DNA from: Laetmonice hystrix
Lineage: Eukaryota
Assembly (NCBI GenBank): GCA_965235115.1
Contig: OZ249449.1
Span: 9,362,001-9,426,000 of the forward strand
Direction: 5' to 3'
Length of the DNA: 64,000 nt
Shown here: piece after piece, positions 36,451-49,251 of the stretch
Layout: every line of letters begins with the position of its first letter
How positions within the stretch are numbered: the first letter of the stretch is position 1
The notes under the pieces: generated by a model
What the model was told of the DNA's origin: nothing
Database searches by the model: none
The model's input: only the letters and a program-made list of their open reading frames with translations
Translations under genes and position numbers: made by a program

Positions 36451-39400
36451 ATGAACGTGTTCAATGTGCGACATCGGAATGTGATCCGTTATTGCGTGGT
36501 TGCGGTGGTCGGGGTGGCGATCGTAGCGTGGGTCCGGTCGTGGCTGTCTCTCCCGGCCGGAGGGTGGGTGGGACCCCGGGGACCGAGCGCCGTGGACCAC
36601 CAACCGGCCCGACCTGAGGACTTCAAGCAGAGTGTGAGTGGAGGTCCAGGATCTCGTCCTTAGACATGGACCATATTATAACAGTATAAGTATGCTAAAT
36701 AGTCGACAATCTAATTAACTAATTTACACCCAATTGGAGACAAAAATAAATAACCCTGAACTGGCTGAAGCCTGACCCACAAAAAGTTAACCCAAGCAAT
36801 TTGTTTGGATTCAGTAATTATTCAAACCGAGATCATTATAGCTCTTGCGGTTATGGCCCCTTTTTCTAGAATCCTGGGGCCCGTTTCACTAAGCGGTAAT
36901 GTCTCATTTGGCGAAGTCGCCGGCTTATTGAAACGGGCCCTGGTTCTCCCTATCTATGTAAGGTGCTGGCTGTATTATATATCAAAATTATCGACGACAT
37001 ATAGAATGGCAAGCCTGCCATGTATAGAATAGTGCATGATTAAAATAATATTTTTCACATTTTCAACCAGGGGGCATCCCTGACAATGGCCGACAAGCAT
37101 TTTTACCTGAAGGGTCAACAGGTGGAGCTGTGGAGTGGGGCGATGCATTATTTCCGTGTGGTCCCAGAATACTGGCGGGACCGCATGCTAAAGATGAAGG
37201 CTGCTGGACTGAATACACTGGAAACGTAAGTCCTCAAGGATTAGATTAAGCATCTTATTGCTTTGAATCTATCTTAAATTCACTGAATTGTGGTGAATTA
37301 AAGTCATATGCCACCACAAACAAAACCATTCTGTTAAGAAACAGGCGTTTTAAGCTTTCACTGTTTTTTTCTGAACCATTAATTTATGAAGTTATGGCTT
37401 GTGTTAATGTTAAGCCAGACATGCAAGCTAATGAACAGCATAATCAGATATTTCTCTCAATATTATTTTCTCTTCTGTTGCTATGGTTACAGATATGTGG
37501 CCTGGAATATACATGAACCAGAAAAGGGAAGATTTGTTTTTGAAGGGATGTACAATCTCAGGTAAGATGGGTGAGAATATTTGAAGAGAACTTATTTAAA
37601 ACCATACTTAGATGTAAAATACTGTTACTTGAGAGACTGGTGATTTCGTTCTCCTAGAAACAGTTCTGTCAGTCTTCGGGGTGTGAGATGTTCGGTCTAT
37701 CACAATTTGTGATGTAAAATTATGCGATGCATTTTTACCCTGGTGTCGCTGAAAATATTGCTCTACCAAATACAAATATTAATTTACCTACAGAAAAATG
37801 GTACTGGCGATGCAATTTTTCTTAAACATTTCGGAACCTGGTCTTATGTTTAGACTGTACATACAAAACATATCGTATATAAATGTGTGTTCCTAAATCC
37901 TAATTTGATTTGTCCCCAATATCCCATTGCTTATTAAAAGAGACATGTTTTATAGGAAATACATCATGCTTGCCCAACAACTAGGGCTGTGGGTGATTGT
38001 GCGCCCTGGACCGTACATATGTGCCGAGTGGGATCTAGGGGGTCTTCCAAGGTAAGCTGATCCTATTCAAGGCTCAATCTTTCTTTCGCAGAATACAGTT
38101 CTAGTAATGAAAATGTGAAAGAAATCATTATAAAACTTTATAGTCTGAGCACGGTATTTGTGATGGTCATTTCTCATCATGTGATGTTAGTCTGATATCT
38201 ATATAAATCCTTCTTTTACCTGTGTGCTGACCTTTTGACATTCGACCTTTGACCCAGCTGGCTGCTGGCTGATCCTGACATGCAACTGAGATCAAGCTAT
38301 GGCCCATATTTGGAGGCTGTAGATAAATACCTGGAGCAAGTAGCCAAACAGATTGCTGATCTCCAGGTATAAAAGATTTCTGCCAAACAATACTTAATGA
38401 AATTCTTAAAAGCAGTAAATTAATCAATACGTACACATAATTATAAATAATAAAGTATTTATCAAATGAGGAGTTTTGTTTCAATGCAGCACAGTCGTGG
38501 GGGCCCTATCATAGCGTTTCAGATCGAGAATGAATATGGTTCCTATGGCAACAACAAGGAGTACATCGTCAAACTGAGAGAGGTGAGAGACATAGACTAG
38601 CAACATCTAAATGAAAAATATGTCAGGGAACTGGGCTAAAAAATTATTTGTTTGTAATAACCAGTGTATTCTATCTGAAAGTAGCTAAATGTTAAAGTTT
38701 ATTTGACATTCATCATTGTTTTTGTTTGATTGTTGACATTCATTCTGACGTTAAGGGGTCCGTGATGCTTAATGTATTTTCATATAAAACTGGTTTTGAA
38801 TCAGTAATACTTGAGAGCTGATATTGGAGTCACTCGCAGCAGTTGAGCTCAATGATTCTGTCCTGATTTACAGATGTTTCTCAAATATGGATTGAGAGAG
38901 CTACACTTCACCTCAGATAATGACCAGGGCGTCGACCACGGTTCAATTAAAGGAGGTGAGTCAACTCTGACCTTTGACCCGGGATTGTTGAAAGACAACC
39001 AACTCGTATCATAAAACAAAAGTCATACTCGTCAGGACCTGATAATTGTGATATTATCGTTGATATTAAGTATGTTTTTAGTTTTCTTTATGACCTTGTA
39101 TATCATGCATTTTTTTTGGAAATGCTGCCTAATTAAACAAATGGTAATTTTGACCTACTCCGGGATTATGACATGGTTTTCTGGATATACATCAAAACCT
39201 CATTTATGTTAACATTGACCTTTGACCTGGATATTGCAGTGATGACGATGTCCAACATGGGGTCGTTGGAGATGGGGCAGATGGTGATGTCGTTTCTGCG
39301 TAAGTTACAGCCGTCGCTGCCCCAGATGGTGATGGAATACTGGGTGGGATGGTTTGATCATTGGGGTGAGACGCACCACTCCGTACCCATTCACGGTAAG

Positions 39401-42400
39401 TCAAACATTGCTTACTCCAATGGTAAAATTGCTAGAAAATTGGAGGATATTAGAATTTGGGCTAGGGCTAGGGGAACACTGGGGGGAGGAGGTCTGTGGA
39501 ACAGGTTGAAATGTTAGGGTTTTCAGGGCTAGAAATACTGATGAATTTTTGCTTTGTGTCACCAAATTTTGTGGGTGTTGTAAAATAAATGTAAGAAAAG
39601 AGCTTTATTTATATACCAACCTGTTAAAAGAAAACAGACTATGCAAATTAGTCTGGTTATGTTTTTCTGAATCAGGGATGGATAATTTCCTACCATTATG
39701 AAATGAATGTTGGGAATATTCAGTGGGCTCTTGCACTTGAACCTTGAATTTGATATGACCTTGACCTTTCAGATATGGAAACCATGATCAAGTTTATTTT
39801 GGCAGAGGCAGGAAACATAAACTTCTACATGTTTCATGGGGGCACATCGTTTGGCTTTATGAATGGAGCGAATTATCCATACGCCCCAACCATCACTAGC
39901 TATGGTAAGGACTAAGCCACATACAGGAATATCGATACAAACATCATGGGTTTACATTATTGCATATACTGGAAATACATTACTATAATCCCCTGTGTGT
40001 ATGTGGCTATCATAAATCAGGGTTCGCCATTGTTAACAAGTGATGAACATTCTACAAAATTGACTTATTGATCTTGTAAGAAAGATCTACTATTTCAAAT
40101 GTTAGACAATATTAAATATTTTTGACAAATCTGTTTCCCTAGATTATGACGCTCCACTGTCCGAAGCTGGCGACATGACACTAAAGTGGGTCAGGATCAG
40201 GGAGATCTTATTGTCAAAGGTCAAAGGGCATGTTCAAGGTCAGTCTTGTATCAGAATTCTGAAATCCCTAAGTCACGGATATTGTTGGATTTATAGCCTT
40301 GATTATGAAAGGAAACTTGTTTACCAGTATTCTAACAAATTGTTTTGTGTTCCTGTTAGCGCTGGTGCCACCCCATAATGGGACCAAGTTTGCCTACGGT
40401 AAGTTCGAGGCCTATGTTTGACTAAAACATACCTGCTGTATTTGAATAGTACCGCTCGAAAGAAAAACTTCTAGAAGTTGTGTGTAAATCTATGTGAACC
40501 AGGATCATTTGATTGGTTTTAGGTATGGTACAAATGAAGTCCTACATGACCTTGGAGTCCATGCTCACCTTGATCAAGGTCAGTATGTGAAGGTCATATG
40601 TAAGAGGAAGGGCATTTCACAATGAAGCATGGAATGTTATAATAGTCCAGGAATTAGTCACTGAATTAGTAGGCACTGAATTCCGAGACATGATTGAGTT
40701 AAGGGTTTTGTACTTATTTACAGCCAGTCAAATCAAAGACAGTTATTCCTATGGAGATGCTGGACATCAACAGTGGAGGAGGTCAAGGTCATGGATTCAT
40801 CCTCTACAGAAAGGTCACGCCACCGATGCGCCATCTTCAGATCATCGGCAAGGTCTCTGACAGAGCTCAGGTCAGTAAAGGTCAAAGGTGATAGCGTTAA
40901 GTTTTACATGACATATTTCAGAATAATGCACACATGGGGGGGGGAATAGTTTCCTTAAATTTTTTTTTTTCAAATTAAAGAACTATGCTGTTTTTTTTAC
41001 AAATAAAAACACCCGAGATTAAGCAGGGATAAGGTTTTTCTGTCGATCAGCAGTTTTCTGCCTTTTTCTCGAGTTCAGCTGTATAAAGTGTTTCCTCCTT
41101 TTTCAATGTTGGCCTGTCTCATCTCTGATTAAAGTCGAGGTGGGGGATGTTTACACAGACATAATTTTAATATAGTAAGTAGTTTGTTGTTAATTTTATT
41201 CACTTATATCTTTATCTCAGATTATCATTGATGGCCACGAGAAGGGAGTACTAGATTGGCATGCTGACAATCCAACCGTTGAGATCAAAGATCCAAAGAT
41301 GACTGCTGGCCAGGTTAGAATCTAAGTGGCCCTCTTAAATTAGAAATTCAATTTGAGATGATACAGTGGTACATGTACCTGGGCCCCCAATTTCAAATTT
41401 GCTAAGGTGAACATTGTTGAAGAAATGGCAGAGATTGGCTCAATTATCTATATTTTTTCAAGCTGTATTGAGCTGGTTTTAGATGTGGTGTGTTTCTAAT
41501 TCAGGTTACCATGGATATCCTGGTGGAAAACCTTGGTAGGATAAACTATGACCACTACAAGGCACGTCAGATGGACGGCCAACGCAAAGGTGGGTGCCAC
41601 TGTGCAGTGTGGCAAAAACTTTACCCTGGTCTTGCTAAAAATATTACTCTACCAAATACAAATATTAATTTACCTGTAGAAAATTGGTATTTATAGCAAA
41701 AATTGTGATGCATTTTATCCTCAAACATTTTGGACCCTGAGGCAGAAAGGTAAGCCCCTTGAAAAGAAAACCCAATGGCTCAAACCTAAATACAAATCTA
41801 TAGAAACAATCTTGAAGGGCCAATCCCTGGAAATTCAGCCCATTTGAGTACGGTATTAATTTTGAATGGTGTACAAGGTCCTTAGGAACGTACCTTTATT
41901 TACTGTGAAAAACATTTTCTTCGTTTTGGAAATTCTTACCTTAGTTTCTGTAAGGGAAATTTTGACCTACATGTCCACAGTTCCAAATAGAGCATTAGTG
42001 TTTCTATCTGATAAACGATACAATCCCCTCAGGCCTGAACAAGGAGGTGCGAGCTGATGGCAAGACACTCGTCAACTGGGATATCTACCCATTGGAGTTC
42101 AAACCCTCATTCATCAAAACGTAAGCATAAGAAACTCAATCTTTTTTTTTGACTTGACCTTGACGTGTACCATGAAATGTCCTTGAGCACTAACAAGAAC
42201 TATATATTTTTTGCCACATCTGCTCCGTTAAAATTTGAACGCCTTTGTTCGGTCAAGTTAAAAACCTTTTTTTCTGTTTTACTTGAGAAGCTTGCTGACA
42301 AGTGAATCGTTATGGAAGCCGGTTGATGATAAGGTTTTGGCAGAAACCCGGTCTCCGGCCATATACCGTGGTAAACTGACTATCCTTGGGAAGCCCAAAG

Positions 42401-42971
42401 ACACATTTGTACTCACCAAGGTCAGTATTTTCTATTCATCTCTTCCAAGTTTTCAAATTAATTTCATATAACAAACTCTTTATACTGAGCACAGGAGGAG
42501 AAATACATGATTTCTTCTGTCACAATAAGAAATAGATATTCTAGTCATAATAAGTGATTTATAATTTCATCGCTATCATTGTTTTTGTTATGCAGGGTTG
42601 GTCCAAAGGTGTTGTGTTTATTAACTCGTTCAACTTGGGTCGATACTGGACGATTGGTCCCCAGCAAACTCTCTACTTACCAGGACCACTGCTCCGGGCC
42701 GGAGACAACGAGGTGAGAACAGAGTTCATGGGGAACACTGGGCTTGTAACCAGCCAATCAGAATAACTTCTCTTCTTTTTCTCACATTCTCTTTCTTTCG
42801 TTTTCTTTTCGTTTTCCTTTTCTCAGTTTTGTTATCTAACGTTAAAAATGTTGCCTTAATTACTCAATGACTAAGATGGGACCTTGACCTATTTATTTGC
42901 AGATCTTGGTTTTTGAGCTTCACGAGCCTATCTCGACACTGTCATTCATAGAACGCCCAATACTCGGCTAA
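36451..42971 (+). CDS. GLB1L2: Glycoside hydrolase family 35 beta-galactosidase, GLB1L2/GLB1L3-like, about 665 aa
   Basis: 19 exons: 36451-36633, 37071-37225, 37493-37561, 37956-38051, 38258-38366, 38490-38582, 38874-38955, 39240-39395, 39773-39904, 40143-40238, 40360-40398, 40523-40578, 40724-40870, 41221-41313, 41505-41589, 42033-42120, about 42288-42420, 42596-42712, 42903-42971. Motifs [26 protein letters not shown] (acid/base), [12 protein letters not shown] (nucleophile), YMFHGGT, NLGRYW. N-terminal signal anchor. The paralog name is tentative. Confidence 0.95.
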
Positions 42972-45900
42972 CATGGAGTCAAGATCCAAGATTTTCACTC
43001 AGGCAAAGAAGAAAAAGATGCCACCAAAACTTGCCAGATGTTGTATCTGGGGAATCATAGGTTAAAGTGATAGTCTCGTCGTTTCAACATTGCTCTCGGT
43101 CACTGTGCTAGACGTCAGTTCCTATGCTACAGCGTCTGCTAAAGATTCTAGTTTTTGTTTTGTTTGGTACTGTCAGTCATTTGGCTCAGTTTCTGGGCCA
43201 GCTAAAATGTGACCATTACGTATAGTGAAGTGTTGATCTGCGGTGTCCTAGTTTCTGAACCCAACATGGGTCTGTTTTCTCTATATTCGACGATATCAGT
43301 ACAATAATGTACCACAATACAGTTTTATGTTAAAACACGGCCCTACTCTATGGCCTCTATGGGAAACCCTGTTTATTCAGTCATCGTGGGATGTGAAAGG
43401 GATCCTGGGGGGTTGTTTCAGTAAGCGCGTCAGGCCATTCATCTGGCGACACACAGTCTGTCGCCAGGTTGTAGGGCCTGCTATATTTGGTCCGTCAACG
43501 ATCGTATGCGCTTATTGAAATACTCCCCCGGAAACAAAGGTGGTTTACGGTGAAGGGGTAATATTTGCAAGATTTCTGATGTTATGGTCATGATATTTTA
43601 TTGACATGTTATCACAGTTTAAGGCGACTGTTAAGCCTACAACTTTTCATTGTCTTACTCCATTTAGGGATGTGAGGAATATATGGGAAGCCTTATAACA
43701 GGAAATAAAGATGTCCATTTTTTATATTATTTTATCTAGCACTAAAAATCTGAGATAAAATACACATTTTTTGTACCTGTGAGGCTGTGTCGTAGAGGTT
43801 TTTTTCGCATCTTAGAAGTGTTTTTCTGATTGAATGTGTGGGTATGGTATGATGTATAATGTACCCGGTACATCATATTACATAGATATTACATAATTAT
43901 ACATATATTTGTTGTTCTTATAATTGTTATGACTAGGTATATATTATATCACTGTTTATTTTTATGTAGAGATACCAGAGCACTGGGCTCAAATAAAGGG
44001 TAGTGACTCTGCTGTTGCAGGTGAATAACACTGGCAGAATAATTGGAATTAACTATCTTGAGGTAATTATCCTATTAAGGGTGTATGAGGTAATGTATGG
44101 TTAATATGTGGTATGCAGTATCTGAGATTTTTCTGTGATAGAATATGTATTATATGTACCGTATCTATGCACGACATGAAGGGTAGAAAATCATTTCTAA
44201 CAAAAAGACATTCCAATTTAGTGTTTTTCCAGGAACATGCTACAAAACAAACATTATTTTAGAACTGACACTAAGAATCACTATTTCCATAGTTATGTAG
44301 GTTGCTGATTGTAATGGGTTTGTTGTTCAGTATTTGGTTTCAGGTGTTTGGGGAGTTGACCCCCCAGTGTTACTACATATCAATGTGAGCTGTACAAATT
44401 ATGTGCTTTGAACTTGCCACGGGGATGGGTTTAGCCTGGGAATTGGTGGTAGCGGAACATATGCTCACTCTAGAAAAAAAAGTGACCAAAAATCACGGGG
44501 ACAAAAACTGAGGAGGTGATCATCCAGGGGCGCAGAAACCTAAGATTTCTAAAATAATAAATCAAAGTGAAAATAAAATGGAACATTAATCCAAGCATGA
44601 GAATATCTTAGATATTGTCCTCAGGGATTTCGTTTTCGACAAAGTAGATTATTGGATTGGGTAAAGGTTGCGATTGGTATGTAAACTAGAAATCTACTAC
44701 AAAATCTTCAAACAAGGAACTTTAAAAGAAAGGAAAAAATTCAACCTACAGACGAATGAAAACCAATGGAGTGGTGAGAGGGAAAACGATATGACAGCTA
44801 GCCTAAGTTAGCGTTGATGTATATTTTTTCCGTCTTTTGTGTTTAGTGCTACAAACCCACTCCACGACTGACTAATCCAGGGAAACAACAAATGCGAAAA
44901 AGAAGCCGAGAGAGACAAAGCTTTATGCCAGTCTCTTTTATCTGGATTGGAAAAATAATTGGTGAAATAATTTTATCCGTATGAGCAAAATGCAAGGGAA
45001 TGAATGGTCAAAAAGAATACACGTATTTCAGAAATCAACATTCCGTGACTTGAAGGCTGTTGCAAAAAGTCGAATTCGCTCAAATTGATTCACTGTAATT
45101 TTACTAAATGGCTGCAGCTTATGAAACTGCCCCCTTGTACACGTGTACCTAGAATCTGAAGCTCATTGAAGAAAATACAATATGTTATACATTTTACATT
45201 TTACCAAAAATATTTGAACAATGTTTTGAAACCACTGTGATGTTATTGATGGAATGACGTAGCAATGTACCAAGGTAGTAAAATTATTTTTTTAATCACT
45301 CACAAATGAAGACTTGTTGTTTGTTTACATTTTAATGTCCAGTATACGAGTTCCCAGAGACAACAGGAGTCTCGTCTTCACAACATCCTGCCCTTTCACT
45401 CATACGCTAGTAACAATAATAATTACATCATAATGATAATAATATTTAATGATAATGGATTATGGTAATGATGATGCCGATGATGTGGGCTGATGGCGAC
45501 TTGCGACTATGAATTATGAGAACAATCCCAGTCACTTGTTGATATAATTCTACACCCATCGAGTGCCTTGTATGTATAACTTCACTAAACAAAAGTTTTT
45601 CCGTTTACAACCAAATATTTTATATTTTATCAACGACATCTCCTTGGTTGCAGCCTGCTAAATCAACTCCGGATTTCTTGCTTACAAAAGTATACCAGGA
45701 TATAAACAGAATGATGTTGCCATCTTGTTTAAAGCAGGATGGAACCTCTAGTTAATGTGTTGGCGACGTTGGAATGCCTGTGGTATTGCAAAACTACAAA
45801 CACATCTTTCATAATTTTTCTTTTTTAAGAGATAACTATGACGATGATAAAATATTGCAAATATATTGCAAAGTACCAACTGACAAATTCTCCAGCTTAA

Positions 45901-46036
45901 AATCATAAAGAGACAAAGCCTTTCACGCCATTAGGTATAAATAACTATTTTCATTGTGTATCCCTTTAAGAGTTCAAATGTCAAGGTTAAACTCATTACG
46001 ATGAAGATGAGGAATTCTCGAGGTCAACATTACACC

Positions 46037-48852
46037 TCACATGGAGGAGGTGCCCATACGCTCGGCCGTTTCTACCGTTGCCTGGAGGTTGATGTCAAAC
46101 AGTTCACACCTATTGAAGACAACAAAATCATGCTATACAATCTCCGTCTTTATGGTGTTATCAGTAAAAACCACGCTTCAATAACAGTGGCTGCTTTATA
46201 TTCTTGTACAACTAAATTAATCCCTTCTCATCACAGTTTTATTAACAATCAGCTGAAGAAAACCCTAGGCTAGGCCCCCATTCAGAACTTCAATTATCAG
46301 TGTTATATTGTCATACTACTAATCTTGTCTGATCAAGATAGCATACACCAACGTCAGTGAGTGTCGTAAGTAGCCAAATCTGTGCTCACCGTATGGGCAT
46401 GTCAACAGAATAGAACGGGTTCTTCAGTGCAAAATCAGCGTAAATCTCATGAAGTCGTTTCAGCAGGTTTTCTTGCCCTCCCTGTCTGGGATCAGTGATC
46501 ACCACAAACTTGATGCCTGCAAGTCGACAGTATATTGTTAGATACTTTTTTTCCATTTTAATTGGTCTAAGAGATAGATATTGTTTCTGTGCAGAGGCTT
46601 GTATATCATTACATGTAAACTCGCCTGTTAATGTTTGGGAGCAGTGGAGTTTGAAGGTGTCTGTCTCTAACACTTGGATCCCGGAGCTCTGAGGTAAAGG
46701 CGATAGTTGGCTTGAGAACGCAAACAGTCTGCAACATAAGTAAACTCTGACTGCAGTTTGTCGCAACATCTCTCATCAGTGTCAAGTTAAAACCCAATAT
46801 TAACCTAATCATGATTTTACGACAAATCAATGAAATATACAAATTGTTTTCCAATAAAATTGTATCTTTCATTATACTTGAATGCTATAACGTAAATATT
46901 GAGACGGAAACAGAGGGATTAGGTTGCCCTCTTTCAATTGATCGATTAGTCGTGAATGCTGGTTTTCCCTGCACTATTAACCTTAAAATAAAACTACTTA
47001 CGAATGAAACATGCCTGCCAACATTATTTTCTCATTTGTTGTCAGCTTGGGCCTCCCGAATTTGATTGAAATGGGATAATTTTCCTCATTGCCGATGACC
47101 TCCAAGATATCTCGGCCATCCTGGAGCTGTCTACCTTGTGCCAAGGTACCATTTATGGACATTACTGTGTGGCCAACTGGAAAAAAAAATCATGTTACTG
47201 ATATGGTTGCATGGAATGTCTACGACACCAGTCACTCCAAACCCCCGACTATGGGCGCTATGCACTGACTTACCCCTGACACACCCACTAACTTACCCCT
47301 GATCCCGTACCCACCCACCCACTAACTTACCCCTGATGCCGTACCCACCCACCTACCCCTGATCCCGTACCCACCCACCCACTAACTTACCCCTGATCCC
47401 GTACCCACCCACCCACTAACTTACCCCTGATCCAGTACCCACCCACCCACTAACTTACCCCTGATCCAGTACCCACCCACCCACTAACTTATCCCTGATC
47501 CAGTACCCACCCACCCACTAACTTACCCCTGATCCCATACCCACCCACCCACTAACTTACCCCTGATCCCGTAATCACCCACCCACCCACTAACTTACCC
47601 CTGATCCCATACCCACCCACCCACTAACTTACCCCTGATCCCATACCCACCCACCCACTAACTTACCCCTGTCCCTGATCCCATACCCACCCACCCACTA
47701 ACTTACCCCTGATCCCGTACCCACCCACCCACCCACTAACTTACCCCAGGGGTGAGTTCCTGAACCCCTTGTCGTGCGTTAAGCTTGTCGTTAACAGTCA
47801 ACTAATGACAAAGGTGTTCCACATCCCGTGTCGTGCGTTAAAATTTGTACGACAATGTCGTAGAACAGAGGAGAAATAAAGACATCTCCGACCCTGTCGT
47901 TAACGACTCAAAAAATTGTCAATCCATTTATCTGGCATGTAAATACTTATGTTTTCGGCTCCATATGGCCTCTTTTAAGAATTGCATGGGCAAAAATCTC
48001 TAAAAAGCACCAAATACCAAGTAGGATGACTGATTCCGATCGAGCATCTCACTGACAGTCGACGTACGGTCGAGGATAGATGCCGCAATCTAACGTTAGA
48101 GGGCGCCACAATCGTCGGCGCCAAGGCACCTCCACAACACAAAACGAAGCAAAAACACTTTTAGGTCCCCACATGATGTGTTTCAAACGCGATTAGGAGT
48201 ATTTATTATATACCTGTCAAAAAAATCAGCGTTTGCCTATAAGCAGTAAACGTAAACAACAGCTCCATCCGGTTTACGCTCACGGTGCCGCGACGTTGTA
48301 TTGAACAATGATCTCCGCTGAGAGATTTGTGACGTTAGCAACAACGATATGCAAGCGCACGACAAGCCAACGCACGACAAGGGATGAGGAACGGGTATCG
48401 TAGACATTGTCGTTAATTTCTAACTTTACGACAAGCCAGCAGTTAACGCACGACAAGGGGTTCAGGAACTCACCCCTGATCCCGTACCCACCCACCCACC
48501 CACTAACTTACCCCTGATGCCGTACCCACCCACCTACCCCTGATCCCGTACCCACCCACCCACTAACTTACCCCTGATCCCGTACCCACCCACCCACTAA
48601 CTTACCCCTGATCCCGTACCCACACACCCACTAACTTACCCCTGATCCCGTACCCACCCACCCACCCACTAACTCACCCCTGATGCCGTCGCGTTGACCG
48701 AAGCCGACGACCACCTTCTCGTCCCAGAGTTTGAGGACCAGATCTAGAGGATAACTAAACGTTTTCTCCACCTCCACCTTGGGACTGTTGTAATCGTGCT
48801 GGTAGATTAGTCCACCAGCTCGATTAATGATGTAAACTCCGTATATTGACAT
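46037..48852 (-). CDS. TRAPPC4: Trafficking protein particle complex subunit 4 (synbindin/Trs23), 217 aa
   Basis: Exons 48678-48852, 47002-47176, 46625-46728, 46390-46516, 46037-46109 (654 nt). Sequence [75 protein letters not shown]. Intron 3 has a GC donor. Confidence 0.97.
47268..48690 (-). repeat. About 34-bp minisatellite derived from the TRAPPC4 exon 1/intron 1 junction, split into two arrays (about 15 and 5 units) by a TIR element
   Basis: Sense unit GTACGG(G/C)ATCAGGG|GTAAGTTAGTGGGTGGGTGG versus the true junction ACGGCATCAGGG|GTGAGTTAGTGGGTGGG. Arrays at about 47268-47746 and 48479-48690. Confidence 0.95.
47750..48475. mobile_element. Non-autonomous TIR element (PIF/Harbinger-like) inserted in the minisatellite
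   Basis: Perfect 33-bp TIR GGGTGAGTTCCTGAACCCCTTGTCGTGCGTTAA, several subterminal GCACGACAA repeats, flanked by CAG/CTG at the CTG of a repeat unit. Superfamily inferred from GGG ends and CWG flanks. Confidence 0.85.
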
Positions 48853-49251
48853 ATTTCTAACCTATCTGTCAAACCAAGGTCTCAAACCAACTCAACTGCC
48901 TTTGACAGCTTCCGGTTTCACTCCTCCCACTAGAAAAAGGGGGTTCCTATCAGTCTGCGCCCGCAACATTCGCAGTTACCCATTATAATTTATCTGAGAG
49001 GAGCATTACATGTGATAGTACCAAAGCTTTGGTGATACTGACCAACGTGTAAGATATCTCAAATAGGTCTTGATCTACTCTAAATCGCGATATTTATTCT
49101 GATACATAGAACATCTTGTAAATACGATTTTCTTTGCTGCCGTGGTTATCTTGAAACGCATTTTATCGACCTAGTTATAGCGGGTCCATTTTTCACCCAA
49201 TTTCCACAGCTCTTTTCCGGTTTTTCCAGTTGGGAAAACACGGAAGCCGCT
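48853..49251. promoter_or_regulatory. Bidirectional promoter between TRAPPC4 and nicastrin
   Basis: Head-to-head ATGs 400 bp apart (48852 on -, 49252 on +); ETS-like CCGGAAG/CGGAAG cores near 48911 and 49241. Confidence 0.7.

Noticed and set aside
47268-48690. CRISPR-like appearance of the repeat arrays (also 1-192 and 56419-56639)
   Set aside because: Head-to-tail units without unique spacers, in a spliced eukaryotic context with no cas genes.
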